From: an uncultured virus (IMG/VR IMGVR_UViG_3300047094_000227)
Taxonomy: Duplodnaviria > Heunggongvirae > Uroviricota > Caudoviricetes > Crassvirales
DNA length: 64,000 nucleotides
Virus record (IMG/VR): IMGVR_UViG_3300047094_000227
Coordinates: 1-64,000 of that record
Reading direction: 5' to 3' (one strand)
This document shows, one piece after another, positions 7,861 to 17,600 of the stretch. Under the pieces are notes generated by a model. The model made no database searches, was not told the DNA's origin, and worked only from the letters and a program-made list of their open reading frames with translations. Position numbers and translations under genes: made by a program. The stretch's first letter is position 1. Each line of letters begins with the position of its first letter.

Positions 7861-8229
7861 TTAGTAAGGGTTGTATGATTTCTCCTCTACAAACTCAGAG
7901 AGGTACTTAATATTAATTTCTTTTTTAATATGTGCTCTTTTATCATTCAATTTGTACACTGACCTAGCCAGATCAACAAATTCTGGGCCAAAACTACCAG
8001 CTCTTTCAAAGTCTCTGAGCAAGTCTTCCACATCCCAAAGAGCTTTATTTGTCTTAAGTAGGTCATCTACTAGTGGATCATGTAGAATTTCAGGGTCAAT
8101 CACTGTATTTAAGTAGTTTTTCTCAACAAAAACGTTCTTAAGTTTGTCTTTGTCTGTAATGTTCAAAGCCTTGATGGAAAGGATGGTCCATTTGTCCACA
8201 ACTTCCCCAATACTTACTTCTATTTGCAT
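7861..8229 (-). CDS. DUF6165-like protein
   Basis: IEVSIGEVVDKWTILSIK...LWDVED.LR...ARSVY.LND.RA..K..IN pattern. Confidence 0.8.
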   Translation of the reverse strand: MQIEVSIGEVVDKWTILSIKALNITDKDKLKNVFVEKNYLNTVIDPEILHDPLVDDLLKTNKALWDVEDLLRDFERAGSFGPEFVDLARSVYKLNDKRAHIKKEINIKYLSEFVEEKSYNPY

Positions 8230-8239
8230 AAAAATTTTG

Positions 8240-8270
8240 TTGTTTATTTACAACAAATATACTAATTTTG
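8240..8270. promoter_or_regulatory. Divergent Bacteroidota-type promoters
   Basis: Plus strand: TTG (8240-8242), 20 nt, TAATTTTG (8263-8270). Minus strand: TATATTTG (8261-8254), without a clear -33 element. Confidence 0.6.
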
Positions 8271-8288
8271 TTCAAAATAACCAGCATT

Positions 8289-11200
8289 ATGCCAAATAGT
8301 TATACTTTTTACAAACCTGAGATTAAGAAATACTTTGAACATCATGTTCCTACACATAAAAAGATATTAGATGTTGGTCCTGGACAGGGTACTTATGCTA
8401 AGCTTTTAGAAGATATTGGTTATGATATAGATGCTGTTGAAGCTTGGGCCCCTTACATTGAAGAATTCAAACTGAAAGATTGGTACGGAACAGTACACAA
8501 TGCAGACATCCGTGAGTTTGACTGGTCAGAATATGACTACATCATCCTAGGAGATATACTAGAACATCTTACAGCTGAAGAAGGTCAGAAGCTTATTACA
8601 AATATAACAGATGCAGGCAAAGAATGTTTAGTGGCTGTACCATATATGATGGCTCAAGATGGTGAAGAGTATGGTAATACATACGAAACTCATCTCCAGG
8701 AAGACCTAACTCACAGGGTAATGAAGACTAGATACCCCCAGCTAGTTGAACTTTATAGTAATCATTTGTATGGGTATTATACGAATAAGCATATAAAAGC
8801 TGAAAAAGCGTACGTTTTATATGCAAATGCATCTTATGTTCCTACTGTTAAAGCTTGTGTAGCTTCTATAAGAAGATATAGCGAGCTTCCCATCTACGTA
8901 TATTTATTAGATACTATTGCAGATATTCCTGGTGCTACAACAATTATGTGGAAGTCTAATCTACCAAAGCTTTCTATCAACAAATACATTGATAGAAGTG
9001 ATAAGAATGTCTATAGACTGTTGATAGAACGTCCAATGATTGTTAAAGATGCTCTATTGAACTGTGCTCATACAGTAGCTTATATAGACTCTGATAGTGT
9101 AGCCACAGAATACGTTGATAGCATATTTGATATGTATCCTAAAATGAACTATCCCTATTTTGTAGAAGGTATTTATGACTATCTACACATCAATGGTAGA
9201 GGTGGGGCTGATACTAGAGAAGATATGTCTACAACATTAGAAGCACCAGCATGTGAATTGTTTGGTGTCAATCAATATGTTAGACAGAGATATAGACAAA
9301 CAGGTTATTTTGTAGCCAACCATTACTGCTTTGACTTCTTAGATGAGTGGTACTGGATGTGTACTCATCCTAAAGTGATGGCTAACCATGAGTGGTATGC
9401 TCCATACCATGAAGAAACAATAGCTAACGTCTTATTGTGGAAGTGGGGAGTGTTAGATGGCCTACCTTACATCTACACCAATGCTAGCCTAGATAGAATA
9501 GAAGACATCTACGATAAGCTTGAGTGGGGAAAACACCACGGAAGCTGGTCAAGATTACCAGATAATAAACATAAGTTATTATTCTTACATGGAGAGAAAG
9601 ATCCAAAGGTGATGAATAAGATGATACAAACTCTAGAGAGTGCAGAGAAACAACTAAGTGTATTGTTCTTAGCTCCTCACTTATCTACAGGTGGTATGCC
9701 TGGTTTCCTCCTAAAAAGAGTGCAGGAACTACAACATTTCGTACGAATTTATGTAGTGGAGTACTCTGATTTCAGTCCTGTGTATGTTGTGCAGAAGAAT
9801 GAAATCAAGAAGCTTCTACCTGAAAATAGGATATTTACACTAGGAGAGAACAAGATGGAACTGATTGACATCATCAAAAAGAATAGTATTGATGTTGTAC
9901 ATGTAGAAGAAATGTTAGAAGGGTTTGAGAGCTTTAATCAAGTAAGCCCTCAGTTATTAGATGCATTGTATGCTCCTGATAGAACCTGGAGAATAGTTGA
10001 GACATGTCATAACGTTTGGTTTAATCCTGACGAACTTAAGAAGTATGAACCAGAGGCTTATGCTTTCTGTACACCATATCATTATAAGACATTTGCTAAC
10101 ATGAAGGCTTATAAAGATGTAATTGAATTCCCTATAGAAGATAAGAGACCAAGTATTGTACATAAGGTGGATGCTAAAGATGAGTTAGGATTTAATTTGA
10201 ATAGACCTAATGTTGTAAATGTAGGGCTATGGACCCCAGGAAAGAATCAGAAAGAAGGAATAGAGATAGCTAGAAAATATCCTAGTATGGACTTCCATTT
10301 TGTAGGTAACCAAGCTCCTAACTTTAAAGACTATTGGGAACCATTGATGGAAAACTTACCAAAGAATGTAACCATATGGGGAGAGAGAAGTGACATTGAA
10401 ACATTCTTAAAAGCTGCAGACATATTCATGTTTAACAGCACATGGGAATGTAATCCTCTTGTACTTAGAGAAGCAATCAGCTATGCACTTCCTGTAGTAG
10501 CTAGAAATCTTCCTCAGTATGAAGATATGTTTACTAGATACATCCTACCTATAGATAGTGATCTAGATAAAGTGAATGAAAAATATCCTGTTGGTGTTGT
10601 TTTTCATGACATACCAGATAACAGATTTGCACAAGATCATGTACACTTGTATAATAAAACGCTTGATATACCTATTGTTCCTAGAAAGAAAAAGAAAACA
10701 AAGGTGAATATATCTTTGCTATTTGTAGAGAGTCCCACCTTAGAAATTACAGGAAACAGTGATAGTAACTTCTTAATCAAATTCTTTGATGAGAAAGGGG
10801 TTTGCCATTATGAAAATACAATTACTAGCAACCGTTGGGTTAAGTTAAATAGACAATGGTTTACCAAGTGGACAGCTATGGTATGGGAAGATGGAGAACT
10901 CATCTTTGAAGAAACGTTAAACTATGAAGGTAAGCGTGTATACATCTGTATAGATAGTCAATCATTAGGTGATACTATTGCCTGGATACCGTATTGCAAT
11001 GAGTTCAGAAAGAAACACAACTGTCACGTTGTAGTGAGCACATACAAGAACTTCTTATTTGAGAAAGCGTATCCAGAGCTTGAGTTTGTCACTCCAGGAA
11101 GTGTAGTGGGCAACATCCACGGTCAGTATATTGTTGGCTGGAGATATGGTAAAGATAAAGAACCTGTGTTATGTAACACTATCCCTTTACAGAAAGCAGC

Positions 11201-11765
11201 TAGTAACATACTAGGGTTAGAATTTAAAGAGATTAGACCTAGATTTGCTTACGAGCCAGTTAAATTTAGTGGCAAAGATACATTTGTAACAATTGCTACT
11301 AATAGTACATCAGGATGTAAGTTCTGGACTAAGCAAGGTTGGCAAGCTTTGATTAACTATCTAGTTGATAATGGATACAAAGTGTACAATGTATCTAAAG
11401 AAAAAAATCCATTTGATAACTGTACGCAGATAGAAGACACTTCTATGGATAACACTATCAATATGATTTGGAACAGTAAGTTCTTTATAGGATTAAGCTC
11501 AGGGTTAAGCTGGTTAGCTTGGATGATGGGTAAGCAAACTGTAATGATTAGTAACTTTACAGAAGCAGATCATGAGTTTCAATCTAATTGTTTAAGAATT
11601 ACAGATACAAACTTATGTCATGGTTGTTGGAACAATCCTAACTTTAAGTTTGATAAAGGTGATTGGGATTGGTGTCCTGTACATAAAGGAACTAATAGAC
11701 AATTTGAATGTCATAAAGGTATATCTGCAGAAACAGTAATTAATAAAATAAAACACTTACTATGA
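8289..11765 (+). CDS. Multidomain enzyme: class I methyltransferase + GT-A + GT4 (GT-B) + TibC/Aah-like O-heptosyltransferase
   Basis: ILDVGPGQG (SAM binding); YIDSDS (DxD); PHLSTGGMP...KNQK...ECNPLVLREA (GT4); SLGDTIAWIPY...FIGLSSGLSWLAW...CHGCWN...WCP.H...QFEC (autotransporter heptosyltransferase with Cys cluster). ATG at 8289 preferred over the TTG at 8268. Confidence 0.85.
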   Translation: MPNSYTFYKPEIKKYFEHHVPTHKKILDVGPGQGTYAKLLEDIGYDIDAVEAWAPYIEEFKLKDWYGTVHNADIREFDWSEYDYIILGDILEHLTAEEGQKLITNITDAGKECLVAVPYMMAQDGEEYGNTYETHLQEDLTHRVMKTRYPQLVELYSNHLYGYYTNKHIKAEKAYVLYANASYVPTVKACVASIRRYSELPIYVYLLDTIADIPGATTIMWKSNLPKLSINKYIDRSDKNVYRLLIERPMIVKDALLNCAHTVAYIDSDSVATEYVDSIFDMYPKMNYPYFVEGIYDYLHINGRGGADTREDMSTTLEAPACELFGVNQYVRQRYRQTGYFVANHYCFDFLDEWYWMCTHPKVMANHEWYAPYHEETIANVLLWKWGVLDGLPYIYTNASLDRIEDIYDKLEWGKHHGSWSRLPDNKHKLLFLHGEKDPKVMNKMIQTLESAEKQLSVLFLAPHLSTGGMPGFLLKRVQELQHFVRIYVVEYSDFSPVYVVQKNEIKKLLPENRIFTLGENKMELIDIIKKNSIDVVHVEEMLEGFESFNQVSPQLLDALYAPDRTWRIVETCHNVWFNPDELKKYEPEAYAFCTPYHYKTFANMKAYKDVIEFPIEDKRPSIVHKVDAKDELGFNLNRPNVVNVGLWTPGKNQKEGIEIARKYPSMDFHFVGNQAPNFKDYWEPLMENLPKNVTIWGERSDIETFLKAADIFMFNSTWECNPLVLREAISYALPVVARNLPQYEDMFTRYILPIDSDLDKVNEKYPVGVVFHDIPDNRFAQDHVHLYNKTLDIPIVPRKKKKTKVNISLLFVESPTLEITGNSDSNFLIKFFDEKGVCHYENTITSNRWVKLNRQWFTKWTAMVWEDGELIFEETLNYEGKRVYICIDSQSLGDTIAWIPYCNEFRKKHNCHVVVSTYKNFLFEKAYPELEFVTPGSVVGNIHGQYIVGWRYGKDKEPVLCNTIPLQKAASNILGLEFKEIRPRFAYEPVKFSGKDTFVTIATNSTSGCKFWTKQGWQALINYLVDNGYKVYNVSKEKNPFDNCTQIEDTSMDNTINMIWNSKFFIGLSSGLSWLAWMMGKQTVMISNFTEADHEFQSNCLRITDTNLCHGCWNNPNFKFDKGDWDWCPVHKGTNRQFECHKGISAETVINKIKHLL

Positions 11766-12199
11766 TAATAGTATTATTTGGTCAACCTGCATCAGGTAAA
11801 ACAACTCTCGCTAAGAAATTTATAGCAGAGGGATTTCATCACATAGATGGAGATGAGTTAAGAGACCTTTTTAAAAATAAAGACTATAGTAGAGAAGGTA
11901 GAATTAAGAATTTAAATAGAGCTAGTGATATAGCTCATTATTTAGATAAGATAAAAAACTACAATGTAGTGCTCTCATTAGTATATCCTTATGAAGAAGC
12001 TAGAGAGTACCTTAGTAAATTAAACAGAGGTGTTAAATGGATCTACCTTATCTATGAAGAAGATAGAGGTAGAGATGACTTTAAAGTGAAAGACTTTGAG
12101 GTTCCTCACATGGATAATGTAGATTTAATTATTAATACTTCTAACACTTCTATTGAAGACAGTTTAGATAAAATCAAGCGTATATGCAGAATATTTTAG
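11762..12199 (+). CDS. cysC: Adenylylsulfate (APS) kinase-like
   Basis: P-loop GQPASGKTT; IDGDELR, YSREGR..N and FEVP motifs; ATGA-coupled to the upstream gene. Confidence 0.8.
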   Translation: MIIVLFGQPASGKTTLAKKFIAEGFHHIDGDELRDLFKNKDYSREGRIKNLNRASDIAHYLDKIKNYNVVLSLVYPYEEAREYLSKLNRGVKWIYLIYEEDRGRDDFKVKDFEVPHMDNVDLIINTSNTSIEDSLDKIKRICRIF

Positions 12200-12570
12200 C
12201 GGAGGGAAATCGTAAGACAGATGGGTATGCTATGTTTATAGGAAGATGGCAACCATGGCACGCTGGTCACAGATGGTTAATTGATCAACAATTGAACCAG
12301 GGAAAGAAGGTGTTGCTATGTGTAAGAGATGTTAAAGAGGATGAAAAGAATCCTTGGTCTGCGTATCAAATCATGATGAACTTAGCAGAAGCATTAAATG
12401 ATTTAATTGAAGAAGGTAAGGTGAGACTTATGATTATCCCTGACATTGAGTCTATAAACTTTGGAAGAGGAGTGGGTTATGATGTTATTGAGCACGTACC
12501 ACCACAAGAGATACATGATATTTCTGCTACACAAATTAGAGAACAAATGAAAAAAGAAGGTAAACTATGA
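12184..12570 (+). CDS. HxGH nucleotidyltransferase (cytidyltransferase-like superfamily)
   Basis: FIGRWQPWHAGH and ISATQIR motifs. Confidence 0.85.
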   Translation: MQNILAEGNRKTDGYAMFIGRWQPWHAGHRWLIDQQLNQGKKVLLCVRDVKEDEKNPWSAYQIMMNLAEALNDLIEEGKVRLMIIPDIESINFGRGVGYDVIEHVPPQEIHDISATQIREQMKKEGKL

Positions 12571-13433
12571 ATATAATATTTCAAATTAATGGTGGTATAG
12601 GCAAGGTGATTGCCTCCACAGCTGTGTGTGCTTCAATAAAAACTAAGTACCCTGATTGTAAACTAATTGTTGTCTCTGGTTATCCAGATGTATTTCTAGG
12701 TAATTCTAATGTAGATAGAGCTTATGGCTTTGGTCAACAAGCTTATTTCTATAAGGAGTATATTGAGAATCAAGAAGTGTTAGTGTTTGCTCACGATCCT
12801 TATTTAGAAACAAAGCACATCAAACAAGAAGAACATCTTATTGAAACTTGGTGTAAGCTATATGACTTACCTGTAACTAAAACTGTTGGGGAATTATTTC
12901 TTACAAAAAGAGAAATAGATTTCTTTAGTAAGAAGTTTGTATCTGATAAACCTATTTTGCTATTACAAACAAATGGTGGGACTGAATCTGATGTTAAATA
13001 CTCATGGGCTAGAGATATTCCTAGTTATGTAGTGGAGAATGTTATACATGAATTTAGAGAACAATATAACATTGTTCACATAAGAAGAGAAGATCAAATA
13101 AATTATGAAGGTACATTTCCTGTAACTGATACATTCAGAGCACTTCTTGTACTTATAAGTATAAGTGATAAAAGATTAATGATGGATAGCTTTGGTCAAC
13201 ATGCTGCAGCTGCTTTGAATAAACCATCCACTGTACTGTGGGTTGTGAACGTTCCTAATGTATTTGGATATGATATTCATACAAACATTACAGCTAATCC
13301 AGAAACAAGTTCCTCTGAACTAAGAAACTCTTATTTGAACAAATATAATATATCAGGTGAGCTTATAGAGTTTCCTTACAATAATGAGTCTGAAATATTT
13401 AATGTAAACGATGTAATTAAATCTTTAAAATAA
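12567..13433 (+). CDS. GT9-like (GT-B) glycosyltransferase
   Basis: GGIGKVI N-terminal loop; MDSFGQHAAAALNKPSTVLW resembles the GT9 DSGxxHxAxA motif. Confidence 0.7.
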   Translation: MNIIFQINGGIGKVIASTAVCASIKTKYPDCKLIVVSGYPDVFLGNSNVDRAYGFGQQAYFYKEYIENQEVLVFAHDPYLETKHIKQEEHLIETWCKLYDLPVTKTVGELFLTKREIDFFSKKFVSDKPILLLQTNGGTESDVKYSWARDIPSYVVENVIHEFREQYNIVHIRREDQINYEGTFPVTDTFRALLVLISISDKRLMMDSFGQHAAAALNKPSTVLWVVNVPNVFGYDIHTNITANPETSSSELRNSYLNKYNISGELIEFPYNNESEIFNVNDVIKSLK

Positions 13434-14254
13434 TGGAAAAAATATTCTATCAAAGTTCATTACCTAGGTCAGGATCTACATTGTTACAAAACATTCTTGC
13501 ACAGAACCCTGATATATATGCTACACCTACATCTGGTGTACTTGAATTAATATTTGGAGCACGTAATAATTATACTAATTCAGCAGAGTTTAAAGCTCAA
13601 GATGCTGAACTTATGAAAAAAGGATGGCAGGCATTTGCTAAATCTGGTATGGATGCTTTCTATAGTGCTATTACAGATAAGAAATATGTTATAGATAAAA
13701 GCAGAGGTTGGGGCATACACTATGATTTCTTACAATTTGTACATAATGAAGAACCAAAAATCATTTGTATGGTGAGAGATTTACGTGATATATTTGCATC
13801 TATGGAAGGTAACTTTAGAAAACATCCAGAGAAGCAATCTGATATTCTAGATTGGTCTAAAGGACAGGGAACCACCGTACCTAAGCGTATAGATATATGG
13901 GCATCACAACCTCCTGTAGGACTTGCCATTGAAAGACTTAGTGAGATATTTAGAACAGGAATTAATAACAAAATGTTATTTGTAAAGTTTGAAGACTTAT
14001 GTTTATATCCAGAATCTACAATGATTAAGATTTATGATTACTTAGGTGTACCATTTTATGAACATGACTTTGATAACATTGAACAAGTAACTAAAGAAGA
14101 TGATGAAATCTATGGTGCATTTGGTGATCACGTTATTCGTACAAAACTTGAACCTGTAAGAAGTAAAGCCAAAGAGTTATTAGGTAAGGACGTAACAGAT
14201 TGGATCTATACCAATTACAAATGGTTCTATGACACATTTAGATATAGTAAATAA
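13433..14254 (+). CDS. PAPS-dependent sulfotransferase
   Basis: 5'-PSB motif LPRSGSTLL; 3'-PB motif VRDLRDIFAS; KFEDL. Confidence 0.9.
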   Translation: MEKIFYQSSLPRSGSTLLQNILAQNPDIYATPTSGVLELIFGARNNYTNSAEFKAQDAELMKKGWQAFAKSGMDAFYSAITDKKYVIDKSRGWGIHYDFLQFVHNEEPKIICMVRDLRDIFASMEGNFRKHPEKQSDILDWSKGQGTTVPKRIDIWASQPPVGLAIERLSEIFRTGINNKMLFVKFEDLCLYPESTMIKIYDYLGVPFYEHDFDNIEQVTKEDDEIYGAFGDHVIRTKLEPVRSKAKELLGKDVTDWIYTNYKWFYDTFRYSK

Positions 14255-14261
14255 TAAAAAC

Positions 14262-14292
14262 AAAAAAGCCCAGAATTAACTGGGCTTTTTTT
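14262..14292. terminator. Bidirectional intrinsic terminator
   Basis: AAAAAAGCCCAG-AATTAA-CTGGGCTTTTTT between convergent operons. Confidence 0.9.
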
Positions 14293-14314
14293 ATTACTTC
14301 ACCTTAAATTAATA

Positions 14315-14659
14315 TTACAATACATTAAGGTTATTGCTAACTTCTTTGAACTCCACTACAGATGTTCCTAATTTAGCTGCAACAATTTGAAACAACTCTT
14401 CATCATTTGTACCCCAGTTAGCTACTTCTGCAGCAGTTAACACAAGTTGTGTACGTTGAGGAGCTCTCTGTAAATAATCTATATTATTTACATTTTTGAT
14501 GTTGCCATAAACAACTACAAACTCATGTTTTTCATTTCCTGGAACATAATTTACACCAATCACTCCTAAGTGATCAAATGATACAACTGTTGCAGAACTG
14601 AATGGGTTCTCATCTTTTTGAGAGAAAGATGCACTTGGATTAATTTTAGCTACTAACAT
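14315..14659 (-). CDS. Hypothetical protein downstream of the fibre genes (possible fibre accessory)
   Basis: ORF track, 114 aa; function inferred from position only. Confidence 0.7.
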   Translation of the reverse strand: MLVAKINPSASFSQKDENPFSSATVVSFDHLGVIGVNYVPGNEKHEFVVVYGNIKNVNNIDYLQRAPQRTQLVLTAAEVANWGTNDEELFQIVAAKLGTSVVEFKEVSNNLNVL

Positions 14660-14687
14660 AACTTTATTTTTTATTTTTGTTTTTAAA

Positions 14688-17600
14688 TTATTTATTTTTT
14701 AATTCTTCTAATTGTAAAGTTAATGAATCTACACAAGATGTCAAAATTTGTATACCCTTTGTTAAAATAGGTAATAATTTTGATGAATCAAATGTATAGT
14801 ATCCACTAAAGGTCATTTTTACTGATTCAGGTACTACGTCTTTAACTTGTTGAGCAATGAATCCTACTTGTCTTCCTTCTCCATTTTCTTTATTATCACT
14901 ATTGAATTCATAGAATGAAGGAACTAATTTGTTAATGTCACAAAGTTGATACTCAACAGGTTGAATGCAACACTTTAATCTAGCATCAGATGTATTCTTA
15001 ACAATTATTCCACTAGAGTTTGCACAAATTGCACCTCCTCCAGATAAATTACCTGCAGCAAAACAACTAGCGTGGTTTACAAATGAGTTCATTGACATTA
15101 TGCTACATCCACTTACAGTACTTCCTGCTCCCATGGTCATGTTAAAACAACCACCAGTAACAGCAGAAGCTGCAGCTGTTGTGCTGTTAGATTGTCCAGC
15201 AAGAATACCACTCATTGCTGAACTCGCGAAGTTTTGACATCCAGCAACAATACCTGACTTATCAGTACTCATTCCTGCAGCTATAGTATTGTTACTTCCA
15301 CCTCCAATGAAACCCCAACCACCACAAGCCCTATTGGTTTGTCCACCTCCAACAAATGAATAACCAGGTAATGTACCATAAGTTCCACTAGCAGTGGTAT
15401 TACTAGCACCGCCTGCAATAGCTGAACAATTAGCACTTGCAGTATTAGCAAAACCTCCTATTATAGCTGAATTACATCCATTTGCACCACCAACGTCACC
15501 ACCACCAATAAACGACTTTGCTCCAAAAGCGTTGTTGGAAGTACCAGCAACTACTCCAGAAAAATCACCAAATGTTCCATTCTGACATCCACCACCAACA
15601 TAAGAAAATGGATTTGAAGCAGTGTTTCCATATCCACCACTAACTGTTGAACCACATGCATTTGCATTATTACCTCTACCACCTCCAATAAATGCACATC
15701 TTCCATATGCTGAAATAGTATTACAAAATCCCCCACCTATTGTTCCATAGTCACCACAAACTCTATTACAAGCTCCACCCCCAACTGTTTCTCCATAAGT
15801 ACCAAAAGGATAAGCACTATGCGTATAGTTATTATATCCACCACCAATGAATGAACATCTGCCCTGATTACTGTTAAAATTACCACCAGCGATTACAGAA
15901 TACTCGCCAAATGTATTGTTACCATAACCACTTAAAGAACCAGAGAAGTTACCCATTGCCATGTTACCAGCTCCACATCTTTCTGTAGAACCAGTTCCCA
16001 TTCCTTGTACAATGATGCTTGAGCCACCACCACCACCAGCAGTTAAACATAATTTACCAAATGAATCAAAGCTTATGCTACAACCCATTCCGTAAAATGC
16101 ACTGAATGATGTGATTGCTAAATTATTAACCATGTGTGTACATGCTAATGAATTCATTAAACCACATCCAGACACAGTTGCATAGCTTGCCTGAGCAGAG
16201 TTAGAATTTCCTCCAGTTACAGTTGCACCTACAGCATATGCACTAATACTGTTACTAGATCCTCCAGATATAGTACCTTGAACTGCAGACATTCCTAAAG
16301 TATGAGAAGTACCACCACCAATTGTACTACCAGCTGAATTCATACTAATTGTGTGGAACCCACCGCCTGCAATTACACTATCACCAGAATAACTACTAAT
16401 TGTATTCATGCTACCACCACCAATTACAGAACTAACAGCAGATGTATCAATGTTATTACTAGATCCTCCACCTATCGTAGAACATGATGCATTTGTTTGT
16501 ATTCTGTTACATCTTCCACCACCAATTGTAGAACATCCTGAATTTGCAAATATTTTATTGAATTGACCACCAGAGATTGTTGAATGAGATGGATCAACAC
16601 AGTTAGTTTCACCACCACCAATGAATACGTTACTTCCAGCATTCACACAGTTAAAGAAACCCCCTGCAATAGTAGAATACATTCCAGAGTTACTATTAAA
16701 TCCACCACCAGCAATAAGTGATCCATTGCTAGAACTATTATTGGTAGTACCACTTAAAGCACTAGCAAAAAATCCACTTGCAACGTTACTACATCCATTA
16801 CCTATAATTGAACAACATCCAGTGCCAGCAACCATTACACCACCGCCACCAGCTGTATAAGCAATAAGCTCACCCAGAGGTCCTGCACACACTGCACATC
16901 CACCTATTGCAGCATTACTTAAATTAGGTTGAACAAAACAATTAGACATGAATGAACATGCTAAACTGTTTGATAAACCACATCCAAATACACCAGAATA
17001 ATTTCCCATTGCAGTATTACCTGAACCTCCTAGTACTGCTGAAAAGAATCCATTAGCACTATTATTGCTACCACCAACTACCACTCCAGATGTTCCTGCA
17101 GCTCCGTTACCTAATCCACCACCAACAAATGAAAATTCTCCAGTAGCATTATTAAGTTCACCTCCTACTACAGAACTACAGTTTCCTGTTGCTGTATTAC
17201 TAGCCCCACATCTTACAGAAGATAATATACCATCTCCAAGAATAATAACAGCACTAGAACCAACATTCACACCACTAGATCCAGAAGATCCAGATGTACC
17301 ATTAGATCCTGCAGCTCCTTCAGCTCCTGATGTACCACTAGTTCCAGTTGTACCACTTGTTCCAGTTGTACCACTAGTTCCGTTTGAGCCATTAATACCA
17401 CTTGATCCACTTGTTCCAGAAGTACCAGTAGTACCGCTTGTGCCAGTGGTGCCTGATGTACCATTAATACCTGACGTACCAGCAGTGCCAGAAGAACCGC
17501 TAGTACCTGTAGTTCCAGAAGTACCGTTTGATCCATTAACTCCTGAAGTTCCAGAGGTACCAGTTGTACCTGATGTACCGTTTATTCCACTAGTTCCACT

